Positions 9,616-20,400 of a stretch of 64,000 nt of DNA are shown here, one piece after another. Position numbers and translations under genes: made by a program. This DNA is from Acidimicrobiaceae bacterium. GTDB lineage: Bacteria > Actinomycetota > Acidimicrobiia > Acidimicrobiales > Bog-793. Location of the stretch: the NCBI GenBank assembly GCA_003140595.1, contig PLKG01000156.1:25703-89702 (forward strand), in the 5' to 3' direction. Below the pieces are notes generated by a model. It was not told the origin of the DNA, did not search any database, and was given only the letters and a program-made list of their open reading frames with translations. Numbering within the stretch: position 1 is the first letter of the stretch; each line of letters starts with the position of its first letter.

Positions 9616-11070
9616 ATGTGGCCAGCACAGGCAACGGTCCTTCGTCCACTGGGCGTGGGCGAACGCATGGACGCCGCCATAAAGATCGTCCGAGCGAACT
9701 TCCTCACGCTCGCACGGGCCTCCCTGGTCGTGGCGATCCCCGCAGGCATCGTCGTCGCCATCATCTCGGCCTCGGTCAGATCATCCGAGGACAGCGCCGT
9801 GAACGCAGGCGTCAACAGGAGCCTCTACACCGCACTGGGTGGTGAGCTACTGACTCTCGTGATCACCCTGGTGGTCGGTGCTTTCGTCACAGCGGTCTGC
9901 TTTCGTGTCATCGCGAACGCCTATCTGGGACAGCGGGCGGACTGGCGGGAAGCTCTGCACTTCGGCTGGTCGAGGCTGCCCGCCGTGATCTGGATCTCGG
10001 TACTGACCTACGTCGCTGTCGTGATCGGTGGTGTAATGACCGCAGTCCTCATCGTCATCATGGTGGCGATTCACCTCGCCGTGCTCACGGTTCTTTTTTC
10101 GGTCGTGCTTGGCGTCGGGGGATTGGTGGCAATGGTCTGGTTTCTCGTGTCGGCCAGGCTGGCCGTGCCGGTCCTGATGCTCGAGAACAAACGGGGGACC
10201 AAGGCGATACGTCGCGCGCTGACACTCTGCCGCGGTCATTGGTGGTCCGTGTTCGGTACCCAGTTCCTCGCAGGCCTTCTCGTCTCGATAGCAAGTGCGG
10301 TCGTCGGTCTCGTCCTCGGTGCCATCTTTGCCGCTTTCCATGGGGGCACGCCCCTGGCGGTTGTGGACGGATTCTTCGTCCAGACGATCAGCTATGTGGT
10401 GTTCGCGCCCTTCTCCGCTGCAATCCTTGTTGTTCTGACCATCGACCTGCGTGTCCGAAAGGAGGGTTTCGACATCCAGCTTCTCTCGACGCGGATGGGC
10501 CTCCCGACGACGGCGTCCGCTCTCTACTTCACCAAGCCACCACCAGGCCCCTACGGGCCTGTCGGATATCCACGGCAGGGATACCCGCCGCCTGGATACC
10601 CACCGCCCGGCTACTCCCAACAACCGGGATACCCACCGCCCGGCTACTCCCAACAACCGGGATACCCACCGCCCGGGTACCCGCAGCAGGCTTATCCACC
10701 TCAATCGGGCCCCTGGTATCCGCCTCCCGTCTACCCAGTGCCACCACCCACTGCGCCGCCCTCAACGGGCTATCCCCCTCCGGCACCGCCACCCGGATGG
10801 CCGCGTCCCTCTGACGCGCCGCCTCCACCTACCGGTTATCCGCCGACGGGGCTGCCGCCCGGTTGGCCGCGTCCCTCCCCACCTCAGCCACCCCCGCCTC
10901 CGCCGAGTCTCAGTTCGCCGCCTCCCTCCGAATCGGAGCCTGCTAGATGGCCGAGCCAATCGCCCGCGACGGGCGATGAGCAAGCGGCTGACCCCTCCGC
11001 TCCTGCTTCGCCAGTCGACCCCGTCGACCCCCCTGAACCACCGGCGCCGGACGCGCCCCGGTCCGAATAG
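9616..11070 (+). CDS. Polytopic membrane protein with a long Pro/Tyr/Gly-rich C-terminal tail
   Basis: The ATG is preceded by GGGAGGA. About 290 aa contain several TM helices, followed by about 190 aa of repeats such as GYPPPGYSQQP. It is the first gene of the MoxR/DUF58 cluster. Confidence 0.7.
   Translation: MWPAQATVLRPLGVGERMDAAIKIVRANFLTLARASLVVAIPAGIVVAIISASVRSSEDSAVNAGVNRSLYTALGGELLTLVITLVVGAFVTAVCFRVIANAYLGQRADWREALHFGWSRLPAVIWISVLTYVAVVIGGVMTAVLIVIMVAIHLAVLTVLFSVVLGVGGLVAMVWFLVSARLAVPVLMLENKRGTKAIRRALTLCRGHWWSVFGTQFLAGLLVSIASAVVGLVLGAIFAAFHGGTPLAVVDGFFVQTISYVVFAPFSAAILVVLTIDLRVRKEGFDIQLLSTRMGLPTTASALYFTKPPPGPYGPVGYPRQGYPPPGYPPPGYSQQPGYPPPGYSQQPGYPPPGYPQQAYPPQSGPWYPPPVYPVPPPTAPPSTGYPPPAPPPGWPRPSDAPPPPTGYPPTGLPPGWPRPSPPQPPPPPPSLSSPPPSESEPARWPSQSPATGDEQAADPSAPASPVDPVDPPEPPAPDAPRSE
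10579..10690 (+). repeat. In-frame tandem repeat encoding the GYPPPGYSQQP units
   Basis: The 33-bp unit GGATACCCACCGCCCGGCTACTCCCAACAACCG is exactly duplicated at 10594-10626 and 10627-10659, with degenerate copies on both sides. Confidence 0.85.
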
Positions 11071-11772
11071 GTGCCTTCTAAGGCGGGCGCCTCGACCTTC
11101 GCGGCGGACGCGCGCCATCAAGCGGCCCAGATCCTTTCCCGACCCCCGTACGCACGGCGCCCGGCGCGGAGTGCCGACCCTCTCGGAGGAGTGCTCAGTG
11201 CGATCGGGCGCGGATTCGTCTGGGTGTTCGGGCATCCGGCCCGTTGGTTGCTGCACCGAGTCCTCGTGCCGATTTTCCACGGCGCCCACAGTGCGCTCGG
11301 TTCTGGGGGTTGGGTCGTCGCGCTTGTGCTCGCGCTCGGGCTCGGCGTCTTCGTGGGAGTGCTCCTCGTTCGCAGGAGGTCGCACATAGCCTCACGCCCG
11401 ACCAACAAGAGATCTAGGACGACGGACGAAGTGCCGATTGATCTGGAGCGGGCGGCCGAGGAGGCGGAAGCGAACGGCGAGAACGAGCTGGCCGTCCGAC
11501 TCCGGTTCCGGTACGGGCTCGCTCGCCTCGAAGCCGGGGGCGTGATCTCCGATCGCTTCACCACGACCAGCCTCCAGTTGCGGAGGATCCTTCTGTCCTC
11601 GGTCTTCGACGAGCTTGCTTCCCGCCACGAGTCCATCACCTACGCCCAAGAGTCCGCGTCACCTAATGATGTCGCGGCGGCCCGGGATGGTTGGGGGCAG
11701 CTCCTCGCCGAAGCCTCCAATGAAGCGCAATGCCGCGAGAACGCTTGGTTGAAGACAGCAAGTGCCCGATGA
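11071..11772 (+). CDS. DUF4129-like membrane-anchored protein
   Basis: 233 aa. A central TM helix (WVVALVLALGLGVFVGVLLV) is followed by RRR and a helical C-terminal domain. The family call rests mainly on position in the conserved DUF4129-DUF4350-MoxR-DUF58 gene order. Confidence 0.55.
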   Translation: MPSKAGASTFAADARHQAAQILSRPPYARRPARSADPLGGVLSAIGRGFVWVFGHPARWLLHRVLVPIFHGAHSALGSGGWVVALVLALGLGVFVGVLLVRRRSHIASRPTNKRSRTTDEVPIDLERAAEEAEANGENELAVRLRFRYGLARLEAGGVISDRFTTTSLQLRRILLSSVFDELASRHESITYAQESASPNDVAAARDGWGQLLAEASNEAQCRENAWLKTASAR

Positions 11773-13007
11773 GTGCCGCCACGCCGGCAACCCCGATGAA
11801 GGGGACTGTGGGAGCCAATCCGGACTCAGCCCAGCGGTGGCAAAAAGTCCCTAGACGGTGGAGAGCGGTAATGGTGATTGCGGCCGGCGCCGTTGTCGTC
11901 GAGTTCGCCCTGTCTCTTGTTGGCTCGGTCTACGGCACGCCGAGCCGGTTGATTGTCGGCCCAGCCTCTTCGTTCGATACCTCGAGCAGGGGGGTCTCCG
12001 CCTTGGCACAGCTGCTGGCCGGCCGACGTCACCCGATTCGCCAATTGAACGTGCCCGTCCGGTCCGCTTCGTTGCCCCTGCCAGGCACGCTGTTCGTGCT
12101 CGACCCGCAGGCCACGCTGACCAACGAGCTGCCGGCCATCGACCGGTATCTGGCAGCCGGGGGCAGCGTGGTCTTGGCCGGCAGGCCGGCAGTGGGCACC
12201 TTGAGAGTCCTGTTGGGACGCGGACCGCTACCGCTCTGGCAGGCGGCGACGCCTGGGCCGTCGCGAGCGGGAGCACCGGTGCCGCAGAACTACGCAGCCA
12301 GAACCGTGATCTCGAACACAGGAGGCTCGTGGCGCACGACAACGACGACCGGCGTCGCGGGTCCCAAGCCAGGACAGGTACGTACGCTCGTCGGCGGAAC
12401 CCGTGGCGCCCTGGCGCTCATTGCCGATGTCGGTCGGGGACGTCTCGTCCTGCTTGCGTCGAGTTCTCCGCTCGACAACGGCCTTCTCGCCCGCGGCGAC
12501 GATGCCGCGTTCGCCCTCGACCTGGCCGGTCCGGCCGGGACCGCGGTCGCCTTCGACGAGTACGACCACCTGCAGACGAGTTCCGGGTCTGGCATCGCCG
12601 GCCTGCCGGGCCACTGGCAAGCCGGCCTGCTACTCGCTCTTGTCGCGGTCGTGGTCTGGATCCTGTCCGCCGCGCGACGCTTCGGGCCACCCGTGAGGGC
12701 CAGCCGCGAGTTGATACCGCCCCGCATCGCCCACGTCGATGCCGTGGCCGCGCTCTTGGCGTCTGGTCCGCCCGGCAGGGTGGCAGCCGGTGCAGCCCCC
12801 TTGCGCAAAGCCGCGCGGGAACAGTTGTGTCATGTGCTCAGGGCTCCCCGTGATGCGACAGACAGCGAGCTGTTGACAAGGGCGGCCACGACGCCACTGC
12901 CGTCTGAGCTCGTCAGATCCATCGTTGCCGAGCCCCGCTCTGAGCAAGATCTCTTGGCGCTCGGCCGCGCCTATGCCACGCTCACGCAGAGAGGAAGGTG
13001 GTCATGA
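11769..13007 (+). CDS. DUF4350-like membrane protein
   Basis: ATGA overlaps occur at both ends. It has an N-terminal TM helix, a second TM helix near residue 300, and an AFDEYDH motif. The family call is by gene-order context. Confidence 0.55.
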   Translation: MSAATPATPMKGTVGANPDSAQRWQKVPRRWRAVMVIAAGAVVVEFALSLVGSVYGTPSRLIVGPASSFDTSSRGVSALAQLLAGRRHPIRQLNVPVRSASLPLPGTLFVLDPQATLTNELPAIDRYLAAGGSVVLAGRPAVGTLRVLLGRGPLPLWQAATPGPSRAGAPVPQNYAARTVISNTGGSWRTTTTTGVAGPKPGQVRTLVGGTRGALALIADVGRGRLVLLASSSPLDNGLLARGDDAAFALDLAGPAGTAVAFDEYDHLQTSSGSGIAGLPGHWQAGLLLALVAVVVWILSAARRFGPPVRASRELIPPRIAHVDAVAALLASGPPGRVAAGAAPLRKAAREQLCHVLRAPRDATDSELLTRAATTPLPSELVRSIVAEPRSEQDLLALGRAYATLTQRGRWS

Positions 13008-13969
13008 CCGAGCTGCACCAACGCGGTGACGCGGGCCCGATGGCGGTCGTCCGTGCCCGACTGAACCAGCAGGTGGACAAGGTAGTCGTCGGTCAGTCGC
13101 ATGTCGTCGACGCGACGATGATCGCGATCGCGGTCGGGGGCCACCTCCTGCTCGAGGGACCGCCCGGGGTAGCCAAGACGCTCCTCGCGTCTGCGGTGGG
13201 CCGTGCTTGTGGGCTCGAGACTCGGCGGGTTCAGTTCACGCCCGACATGCTGCCCTCGGACCTGACCGGCACGCTGACCCTGCAAGGGAACGACCTGGGT
13301 TTTCGCCCAGGACCCGTCTTCACCAACATCCTGCTCGCCGATGAGATCAACCGGACGCCCCCCAAGACACAAGCGGCCTTGCTCGAGGCGATGCAGGAAG
13401 GCCAGGTGACCGTCGATGGCGTGGGGCACTCTTTGCCGCAGCCTTTCATCGTGCTCGCCACGCAGAACCCGATCGAGTACGAGGGGACCTATCCGCTTCC
13501 TGAGGCGCAGCTGGATCGGTTCCTCATGAAGGTCGTCGTCACCTATCCGAGCGCGCAGAACGAGGAGGCGCTACTGAGGCTGCGTCGCTCGGGGGTCGTG
13601 CCCGTGACTCTGGCGGACGTCGAGGAGATAGTCGGACAGGAAGAACTAATGGCGGTGCGCCGCCAAGTAGATCGAGTGGCTGTCAGCGACGAGATCGTCT
13701 CGTACGTGGCATCGCTCGTGCGGCGCACCCGTGAGCTCCCGAGCGTGGCGCTCGGTGCGAGTCCGCGCGCCGGGGTCCACCTCCTCGCAGCCGCGCGAGC
13801 ATTCGCCACCATGTCGGGCCGCGATTTCGTAGTGCCCGACGACGTCGTCGCGCTCGCAGCTCCGGTGCTCGCTCACCGCCTGTTGTTGACCCCGGAGGCT
13901 GAGCTCGACCGCTTCACCGCCACCGATGCCCTGTCGAATGTGCTCGCCTCGGTCCCCATCCCCCGCTGA
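13004..13969 (+). CDS. MoxR-family AAA+ ATPase (copy 1)
   Basis: Walker A LLEGPPGVAKT, Walker B ILLADEINRTPPKTQAALLEAM, ATQNPIEYEGTYPLPEAQLDRF. The length of about 320 aa is as expected. Confidence 0.9.
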   Translation: MTELHQRGDAGPMAVVRARLNQQVDKVVVGQSHVVDATMIAIAVGGHLLLEGPPGVAKTLLASAVGRACGLETRRVQFTPDMLPSDLTGTLTLQGNDLGFRPGPVFTNILLADEINRTPPKTQAALLEAMQEGQVTVDGVGHSLPQPFIVLATQNPIEYEGTYPLPEAQLDRFLMKVVVTYPSAQNEEALLRLRRSGVVPVTLADVEEIVGQEELMAVRRQVDRVAVSDEIVSYVASLVRRTRELPSVALGASPRAGVHLLAAARAFATMSGRDFVVPDDVVALAAPVLAHRLLLTPEAELDRFTATDALSNVLASVPIPR

Positions 13970-13992
13970 GAGCGCACAAGAGAGACCGCGCC

Positions 13993-15306
13993 GTGCCAAC
14001 GCCGTCAGCGACCGGTGGCAATCACCCGGGCAGCGGCCGGTCGGTGCCGCGCCCGACCCGACTCGCAGCGCTGGTCATCGCGCTGGTCGCGATCGCCTCG
14101 GCCGCTCTTCCCGTACCCGCCTTCGTACCGTTACTGGTACTGGGCGCGATCACCGGATGCTTCCTCGTCGACTTCCTCGTCGCTCGTCGCAGAGTCCTGA
14201 CGCTCGAGCGCACAGAGCCCGAGACCTTGTCGCTCCTCGTGCCGGTTCCCTTCCGGGCTGCGGTGGGTGGCCTGGGCGAGGCGCGCTCGGTACGGACCCG
14301 CCAGCCGGTCCCGCCGACACTCGCGGTGCAGCCGCCGTGGGTGAACGGCGATCTCCTGGAGGGAGAACTCACCGGGCGCCATCGTGGAGTCCATGAGTTG
14401 CCGCCGGTGACCGTGCGCGCCGCCGGGCCGCTCGGACTCGCCTCCGTCGACCACACGGTCGGCACGAGCCGAGACGTGGCCGTTTTCCCCGATCTTCCGC
14501 GGGCGCGCCGCCTAGCGGCTGCGCGCCGCCGGGGCAAGGCCACCGACGAGGGAAGGGTCCGGGTACGCCTCGGGCTCGGGACCGAGTTCGAGATGATCCG
14601 CGACTACACCCAGGACGACGACATCCGCCAGGTCAACTGGATAGCCACCGCCAGGGTCGGTCGCCCAATGTCCAATCAGTACCGGGTCGAGGAGAACCGC
14701 GACGTCATGTGTGTCGTGGATACCGGCCGCTTGATGGCGTCTCCTGCCGGGGCAATGTCGCGTCTCGATGTCGCGCTCAATGCCGTCGCCGTGCTCGCGG
14801 TGGCGGCCGAGGAGTCGGGCGACCGAGTCGGAGCTCTCGCCTTCGAGGCCAAGGTGACCCGCCAGCTCGCCCCGCGCCGGCGCGGCGCCGAGGCCGTGGT
14901 CCGCGCTCTGTACGATCTCGAGCCGGTCGAGGTCGAGAGCGACTACGAAAGAGCCTTTTTTGCCGTCGGGCGCCAGAAGCGGGCGCTCGTAGTCGTGTTC
15001 ACCGACCTCGTCGACGACGGGGCCGCCCGGACGCTGATCGCCGCCACGCCGGTGCTCGCCCGCCGCCACGCGGTCCTCGTGGCCAGCTGCACGGATCCTG
15101 ACCTGGCGGCGGCGACCACACGACCTCCGCGCGACCAGATCGAGGTCATGCGCGCCGCCGTCGCCGCCGAACTGCTCGCCAGTCGTCGTCGAGTCGTCGT
15201 CGTCCTGCAGGCGCTCGGCGCCGTCGTCGTGGAGGCGCCACCCGAGGCCCTAGGGCCGGCCTGTGTGGGCGCCTATCTGAGGCTGAAACAACACGCCCGC
15301 CTCTAG
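13993..15306 (+). CDS. DUF58 (VWA-like) protein, MoxR partner (copy 1)
   Basis: It has N-terminal TM helices and the DUF58 hallmark DDIRQVNWIATARVGRPMSNQY, followed by a VWA-like region (VVDTGRLM). It lies directly downstream of MoxR. Confidence 0.8.
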   Translation: MPTPSATGGNHPGSGRSVPRPTRLAALVIALVAIASAALPVPAFVPLLVLGAITGCFLVDFLVARRRVLTLERTEPETLSLLVPVPFRAAVGGLGEARSVRTRQPVPPTLAVQPPWVNGDLLEGELTGRHRGVHELPPVTVRAAGPLGLASVDHTVGTSRDVAVFPDLPRARRLAAARRRGKATDEGRVRVRLGLGTEFEMIRDYTQDDDIRQVNWIATARVGRPMSNQYRVEENRDVMCVVDTGRLMASPAGAMSRLDVALNAVAVLAVAAEESGDRVGALAFEAKVTRQLAPRRRGAEAVVRALYDLEPVEVESDYERAFFAVGRQKRALVVVFTDLVDDGAARTLIAATPVLARRHAVLVASCTDPDLAAATTRPPRDQIEVMRAAVAAELLASRRRVVVVLQALGAVVVEAPPEALGPACVGAYLRLKQHARL

Positions 15307-16247
15307 GTCCCGACGGCGGCCGGTGTTCTCCCGCGTGCGAAGACGAGGCACCAGAAACTACCCGCGAGCGCGATCCCGACCGCGAAGGCGACAGGTGGAG
15401 CAAGGTCCCAAGGTGTCACGATGCCCTCGGTCAGTCCCGCCACGACGAGAAAGCCCATCACGGCGAGCACGATGGAGCCGATCGTCGGCGTGAGACGGCC
15501 GAGTGCCTCGGTCCGTGTGTCGTTGCCCGGGTCGATCAGGGCACGGGCTACGGCCAGGCCGCCGGCACCGGCGAGTGTAATGCAGGAGAGCTCGAGCAGG
15601 CCGTGGGGCACGATCAGGCTGAAGAAACGGCCGAAGCCGCCGGCTCGCCATTCCAGAGCGCCGAGGATGCCCAAGATGGCCCCGTTGTAGGCGAGTGAGA
15701 ACGCCGTCAGCAGCCCGAAAGTGAACCCTCCGGCCACGGCGAGGATCGACACGAGGATGTTGTTCACGAAGATCTGTACGGCGAGGCCGCTCCGTCCCAC
15801 GATCGAGACGCCGTAGTAGGCGCCCTTACCAGGATGCGCAGAGGCATGGAAGCCCGACGGGAGCAGGCCGGAAGCTGACGATGGCTCAGCAAGCGCCCAC
15901 AGAGCCCCCAGCGCCAAGAAGCCGAAAAGGAGGCCGGCTGATATCGCCAGGCAGCGGTCCAGCTCGCGGATCCGGCGCCAGATCCGCACGCTCAGGTAGT
16001 CCCAGGCCGAGTCCTCGCGTCCGGGTTTGGAGTAGACGACGGTGTTCGCGCTTGTTACGAGCGCCTGCAGGCGGAGAGTTCCGGAAGTGTTCGGCCACAG
16101 ACGTCTCGCCACCGCCAAGTCGGCGGCCGAGGAGCGGTAGAGGGCGCCGAGCCGGTGAATCTGCTCGGGCGCCAACTTGCGGCCCTGGCCTCGCGATCGC
16201 CTCACGAGATCTTCGAGCTCGGCCCAGTCGCCACCGCGATCAGTCAC
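15303..16247 (-). CDS. SpoIIM-like (DUF95) integral membrane protein
   Basis: 314 aa. An N-terminal soluble segment is followed by multiple TM helices, with FVNNILVSILAVAGG and AYNGAILG motifs typical of the stage II sporulation protein M family. Confidence 0.7.
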   Translation of the reverse strand: MTDRGGDWAELEDLVRRSRGQGRKLAPEQIHRLGALYRSSAADLAVARRLWPNTSGTLRLQALVTSANTVVYSKPGREDSAWDYLSVRIWRRIRELDRCLAISAGLLFGFLALGALWALAEPSSASGLLPSGFHASAHPGKGAYYGVSIVGRSGLAVQIFVNNILVSILAVAGGFTFGLLTAFSLAYNGAILGILGALEWRAGGFGRFFSLIVPHGLLELSCITLAGAGGLAVARALIDPGNDTRTEALGRLTPTIGSIVLAVMGFLVVAGLTEGIVTPWDLAPPVAFAVGIALAGSFWCLVFARGRTPAAVGT

Positions 16248-16321
16248 GAACCGGTCGAGGTTCAGCTTGCTCTCCGATCGCTCCGACCGGCGCCGGTCGA
16301 CATTCGTCGTACGTTGATCAG

Positions 16322-17137
16322 GTGGACTTCGAGGACCGGCATGTCACGGTCACCCCGGAAGGGATCAGCCTCGACGTGGTCCTGGCAGGGCTTGGTTCCC
16401 GTTTCGTCGCCTTCCTCATCGACTTCACGTTGCAAGTGCTCGCGCTCATTGGGTTCGCCATCGTCGTCGTCTCAGCTTTCCACGGCTCTGGGACCACGAC
16501 CAGCGGGCTCGTAGAGGGCGGGGCCTTCGCACTTTTCGTGTTGGTCGATTTCATCGGTTACTTCATCTTTTGCGAGATGCTCTTCAACGGTCGGAGCCTC
16601 GGCAAGCGAGCGGCGGGCCTACGTGTGGTCCGTGTCGGCAGCCAGCCGGTCGGCTTCTGGTCGAGCCTGCTCCGTAACGTGCTCCGCCTGATCGACATGC
16701 AACTCGGCTTCACCTACCTCGTCGGGAGCGTTCTCATCCTCTCCACCAGCCGGAACCAACGACTCGGCGACCTCATAGCCAACACACTCGTAGTGCGCGA
16801 GCGCGTCGGTGCTGCGACGACCTGGAGCCGCTCACCGTGGACCTCGCCCGCCAGCTTTGGGAGGCCGGCTTGGAGCCCGGGGTTGTCGGTCGCAGGGACT
16901 CCGAGCTATCTCCCTTTCGAGCTCGCGCACTGGGACGTGAGTGCTGTGCCCGACGCGGAGCTGGCGCTGGCGCGGACGTTCCTCGCCAACCGGGGCGGGT
17001 ACACCCAGGATGCGCGCGTCCGGCTCGGCTATGAGCTGGCCGGACGAATCTGGCCCCTCGTGGCTGGGCCGACCGCACCTATGCCGGCGGAGTGGTTCCT
17101 GGAGGCCGTGCTCCTCGTTAAGTCGGCCCGATCATGA
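16322..17137 (+). CDS. RDD-family membrane protein
   Basis: The in-frame GTG at 16322 gives an N-terminus with GSRFVAFLIDFTLQ (RDD-type) and 3 TM helices. It is divergent from the SpoIIM-like gene. The upstream part of the 15881 ORF is antisense to that gene and looks non-coding. Confidence 0.7.
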   Translation: MDFEDRHVTVTPEGISLDVVLAGLGSRFVAFLIDFTLQVLALIGFAIVVVSAFHGSGTTTSGLVEGGAFALFVLVDFIGYFIFCEMLFNGRSLGKRAAGLRVVRVGSQPVGFWSSLLRNVLRLIDMQLGFTYLVGSVLILSTSRNQRLGDLIANTLVVRERVGAATTWSRSPWTSPASFGRPAWSPGLSVAGTPSYLPFELAHWDVSAVPDAELALARTFLANRGGYTQDARVRLGYELAGRIWPLVAGPTAPMPAEWFLEAVLLVKSARS

Positions 17138-17458
17138 CATCCGAGAAGTAGTAGCGCGGAGCAGGGTTGGGCCAGATCATCGCGAGCTGGGCAAAACGCT
17201 TCGCGATGCCGTTTCGCTGAGGTCTTGTCGTGGCCACACGAGGCTCGGACCGCCAAGTCGATCAGACGAGAGATCCCGAAACAGGGACCTCGCGTTCGGC
17301 CGACGAGCTGACCTGAAGTTGTTGGGTCGCTGACCTGCGACCTAACTCGTGCATTCCGCATCCTGTGTGACTACTATCGCGGCGAAGTTGTGGGGGGGCA
17401 GTCGCACTGGTTCTGTTGCTGGCGCGCCCTCACGTTGGTTGCCAGGGGGGAACCAGAA

Positions 17459-20400
17459 ATGAGGCCAGAGGGCAGTTCTCATCGGTCAGGCACGCGACGG
17501 TCACAGCGTTACGGTGACCTCCCTAGGGGGATCCCGACGGGCAGGGGAAAGTTCGCGTCGCTGCGCAGCAAGGTTGGACGTATCGGCCGAGCGGGAGCCG
17601 GCCTGCTACTCGTCCTCGGCCTCGCCAGCACGCTCGAGCCGATCGTGCAGGCGGTCATGAGCTCCGCCGCAGGTGCCCAGCCAAATCTCATCCTGAACGG
17701 CAGCTTCGAACAGCCACGTCAAACTTCGGACGCCGCGCTCTTTCCCGGATCAGGTGGGCTGACGGACTGGACGATCGGAGGAGGCAGTGTCAATCTCGAT
17801 GACTCTGGCTATTGGCAGGCCGAGGACGGTCTTCAGTCGCTCGACTTGTCGGGCAACGCTCCGGGCTCAGTTTCCCAAACGGTAACTGGAACGACGGCCG
17901 GCGCGACCTACAACTTGTCCTGGTTCCTGGCTGGCAACCCAGAATGCGGACAGGCAGTAAAGATGATGGATGTCTACTGGAATGGAATCCTCGTGGACGA
18001 GCCCTCGTTCGACACGACGGGTCTCACGCACGTTTCGATGGGTTGGGTGGAAGAGCAGGTCAACGTCGTCGCTACCGGAAGCGACACCGTCGAATTTGCC
18101 GATGCGCCGTCGGATCAAAGTTCTTGTGGAGCAAATCTCGACAACGTCTCGCTGGTTCCGGCGAGCATGGCGGACTGTGCGTCGCCGTCGTCGTTCAACG
18201 ACAACTTTGCCACCGACACTTCTCTCTCGGACTGTTGGGAGACCGGGACTCCGTCGCTCTCCGCCGCCGCGGTAAACGAGGCGACGTCGATTGCGCCCGA
18301 GCTCTCGTTCAGCGGCGGAATGGACATGCAAGGCGCGGCTGCCGATCCCGAGTTCACAGGCATCGAGTCAGCCGCGGCCTATCAGGCACCTTTCGACTTC
18401 ACGACAACCGTCAAAGCCGTCCAGTCAGGCGACAACTCCTTTGTCATCTACATTGCCAATACAACCGGAGGCGGCGTTTCCCTCGAAGGAGACCTGTCGT
18501 CATCGAGCTTCAACGGAATCTGGGCGGCCGAAGCGACCGGGTACCTGGGGGCTGGAAGTGACATAAACAGTTCTGTTGCCGGTCAGGCGATTCTCTCGAA
18601 CCAGCCCCTTGGCACGACGTTCCACATCAGTATCTCCCTCGACGACAGCGGCGATATCGGCATCAACGTGAACGGGACCACGATCACGAGCGCAGCACTG
18701 GGCCGGATCGGAAACGGGCCCTTTCGCGTCATCCTGGGGCAGAGGGAGTCGGACGACGAGGAGCCCGGCAACCCCCCATCAGCGACGCCGAAGGGGCCGA
18801 ACGAGGCCGTCTGGTACAACGCCAGCCTGACGACGAGCTCCTGCTCGGCCAGCTCATTCTCGACCGACTTCGGACTCGACTACGCGAACGGCAGCGTATA
18901 TCAGGGCTTTCTACAGGACTGCTGGCAAGTCGAGCAACCCCCCTATACGACCTTGCCCCCGACTATCGCGGACGTCGAGTCGGCCATCGGCGCGACGGAC
19001 GTGTCACCCAATCTGACATTCGAGGTCGCGTCGGACCTGTTCACCCCGATGCACATGGCGGGAACGACAGGAAACAGCCAGTTCACCGGAATCCAGTCGA
19101 CTTACGCCTACTCGGCTCCCTTCCAGCTCACGACAAGCGTTCGGGGCACCCAGTCCAACGGCAGCGCCTTCGCCGCGTACCTGGTCAATGCGAATGCGAC
19201 AAAGGGTCTGTCGCTCGAGGGTGATCTGAATCCCGCCGACGGCGGCAATTACGGGATCTGGGCGAACAACGGGATCGGCGCGTCGTCTGCCGACACGGCG
19301 GTGCTGTCTCCCAACACACCCGCGGTGAACCTCACATACAACATCACCCTGTCGGTCGACGGCTCGGGCAACGGTACGGTCACCGTCACCTCCAGCGGCG
19401 GTAGTGGAAGTGTTGCGCTCGGAAACGTCGGGACTGGTCCCTTCTACGTCGTCCTCGGCCAGCACGAAGGCACACCAGCCGTCGCAGGCGCGAACGGTGC
19501 GAACTGGTACTCCGCGGGCCTCTCACCGGACGTCGTGTCGGTCAGCACAACCCTCTCGGCGGGCTCACCGACCGTCGCCGGCGTCGAGACCGTGCCCGAG
19601 TCGGTCATCCCCCCCACCTCTGTAAGCGGCGCGGCAGGTTCTGGTTCCGGTAGCGCCGCCTCGGCTCCCCTCAGCTCGATCCCGCTCAGCTCGATAGCCC
19701 TCGCCTCGTCGCCACTCCACTCGATCCCGCTCAGCTCGATCCCGCTCAGCTCAGTCGCCCTCCCGGGATCGGGGGACACCGCGATCACAGCCGCAGAACA
19801 GGCGCTCTCCAGCGCCTTGCTATCGGACATCGGGATCACCTATGACCCGGACGGTTGCACGACAGACGCGTGCTCGGGCTGGAACGGCATCCTCGCCGGC
19901 AGCAAGTATGCCCTCGTGCCGCTCGAGTCGGTGACGCTCGAGGACGTCCTGCAGGACACCGCAACCGGAAGCGAGGGCCAGCCTTCGCCGGCCGCCAGTT
20001 TCGATTCGGTCGATCTCAGCGCTCTCGACCTGTCATCGAGCCCGCTCAGCTCGATCCCACTCAGCTCGATCGAACTGGGCTCCTTGCCGCTGAGCTCGAT
20101 CGGCCTCGCAGGAACCGTTCCCGGCTCCGGTGCGCTGGCGCAATGGTGCACGACCCTGGCCTCGCTCAACTTCCCGTGCTCGGATTTCGGGATCTCGGGT
20201 TCGAATGACAACGGCGTCACCCTTCTCTCCCTCGCTCTCGCCGGGGTCCCGCTCAGCTCGATCCCCCTCAGCTCGATTCCCCTCAGCTCGATCAACCTCG
20301 CCGACATCCCCCTCAGCTCGATCCCCCTCAGCTCGATCCCCCTCAGCTCGATCAACCTCGCGAGCAGCCCACTGAGCTCGATCCCGCTCAGCTCGATCCC

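Noticed and set aside
15881-16321. N-terminal 147-codon extension of the RDD ORF.
   Set aside because: It is entirely antisense to the SpoIIM-like gene and is Arg/Ser/Pro-rich. The RDD motif and TM helices begin only after the GTG at 16322.
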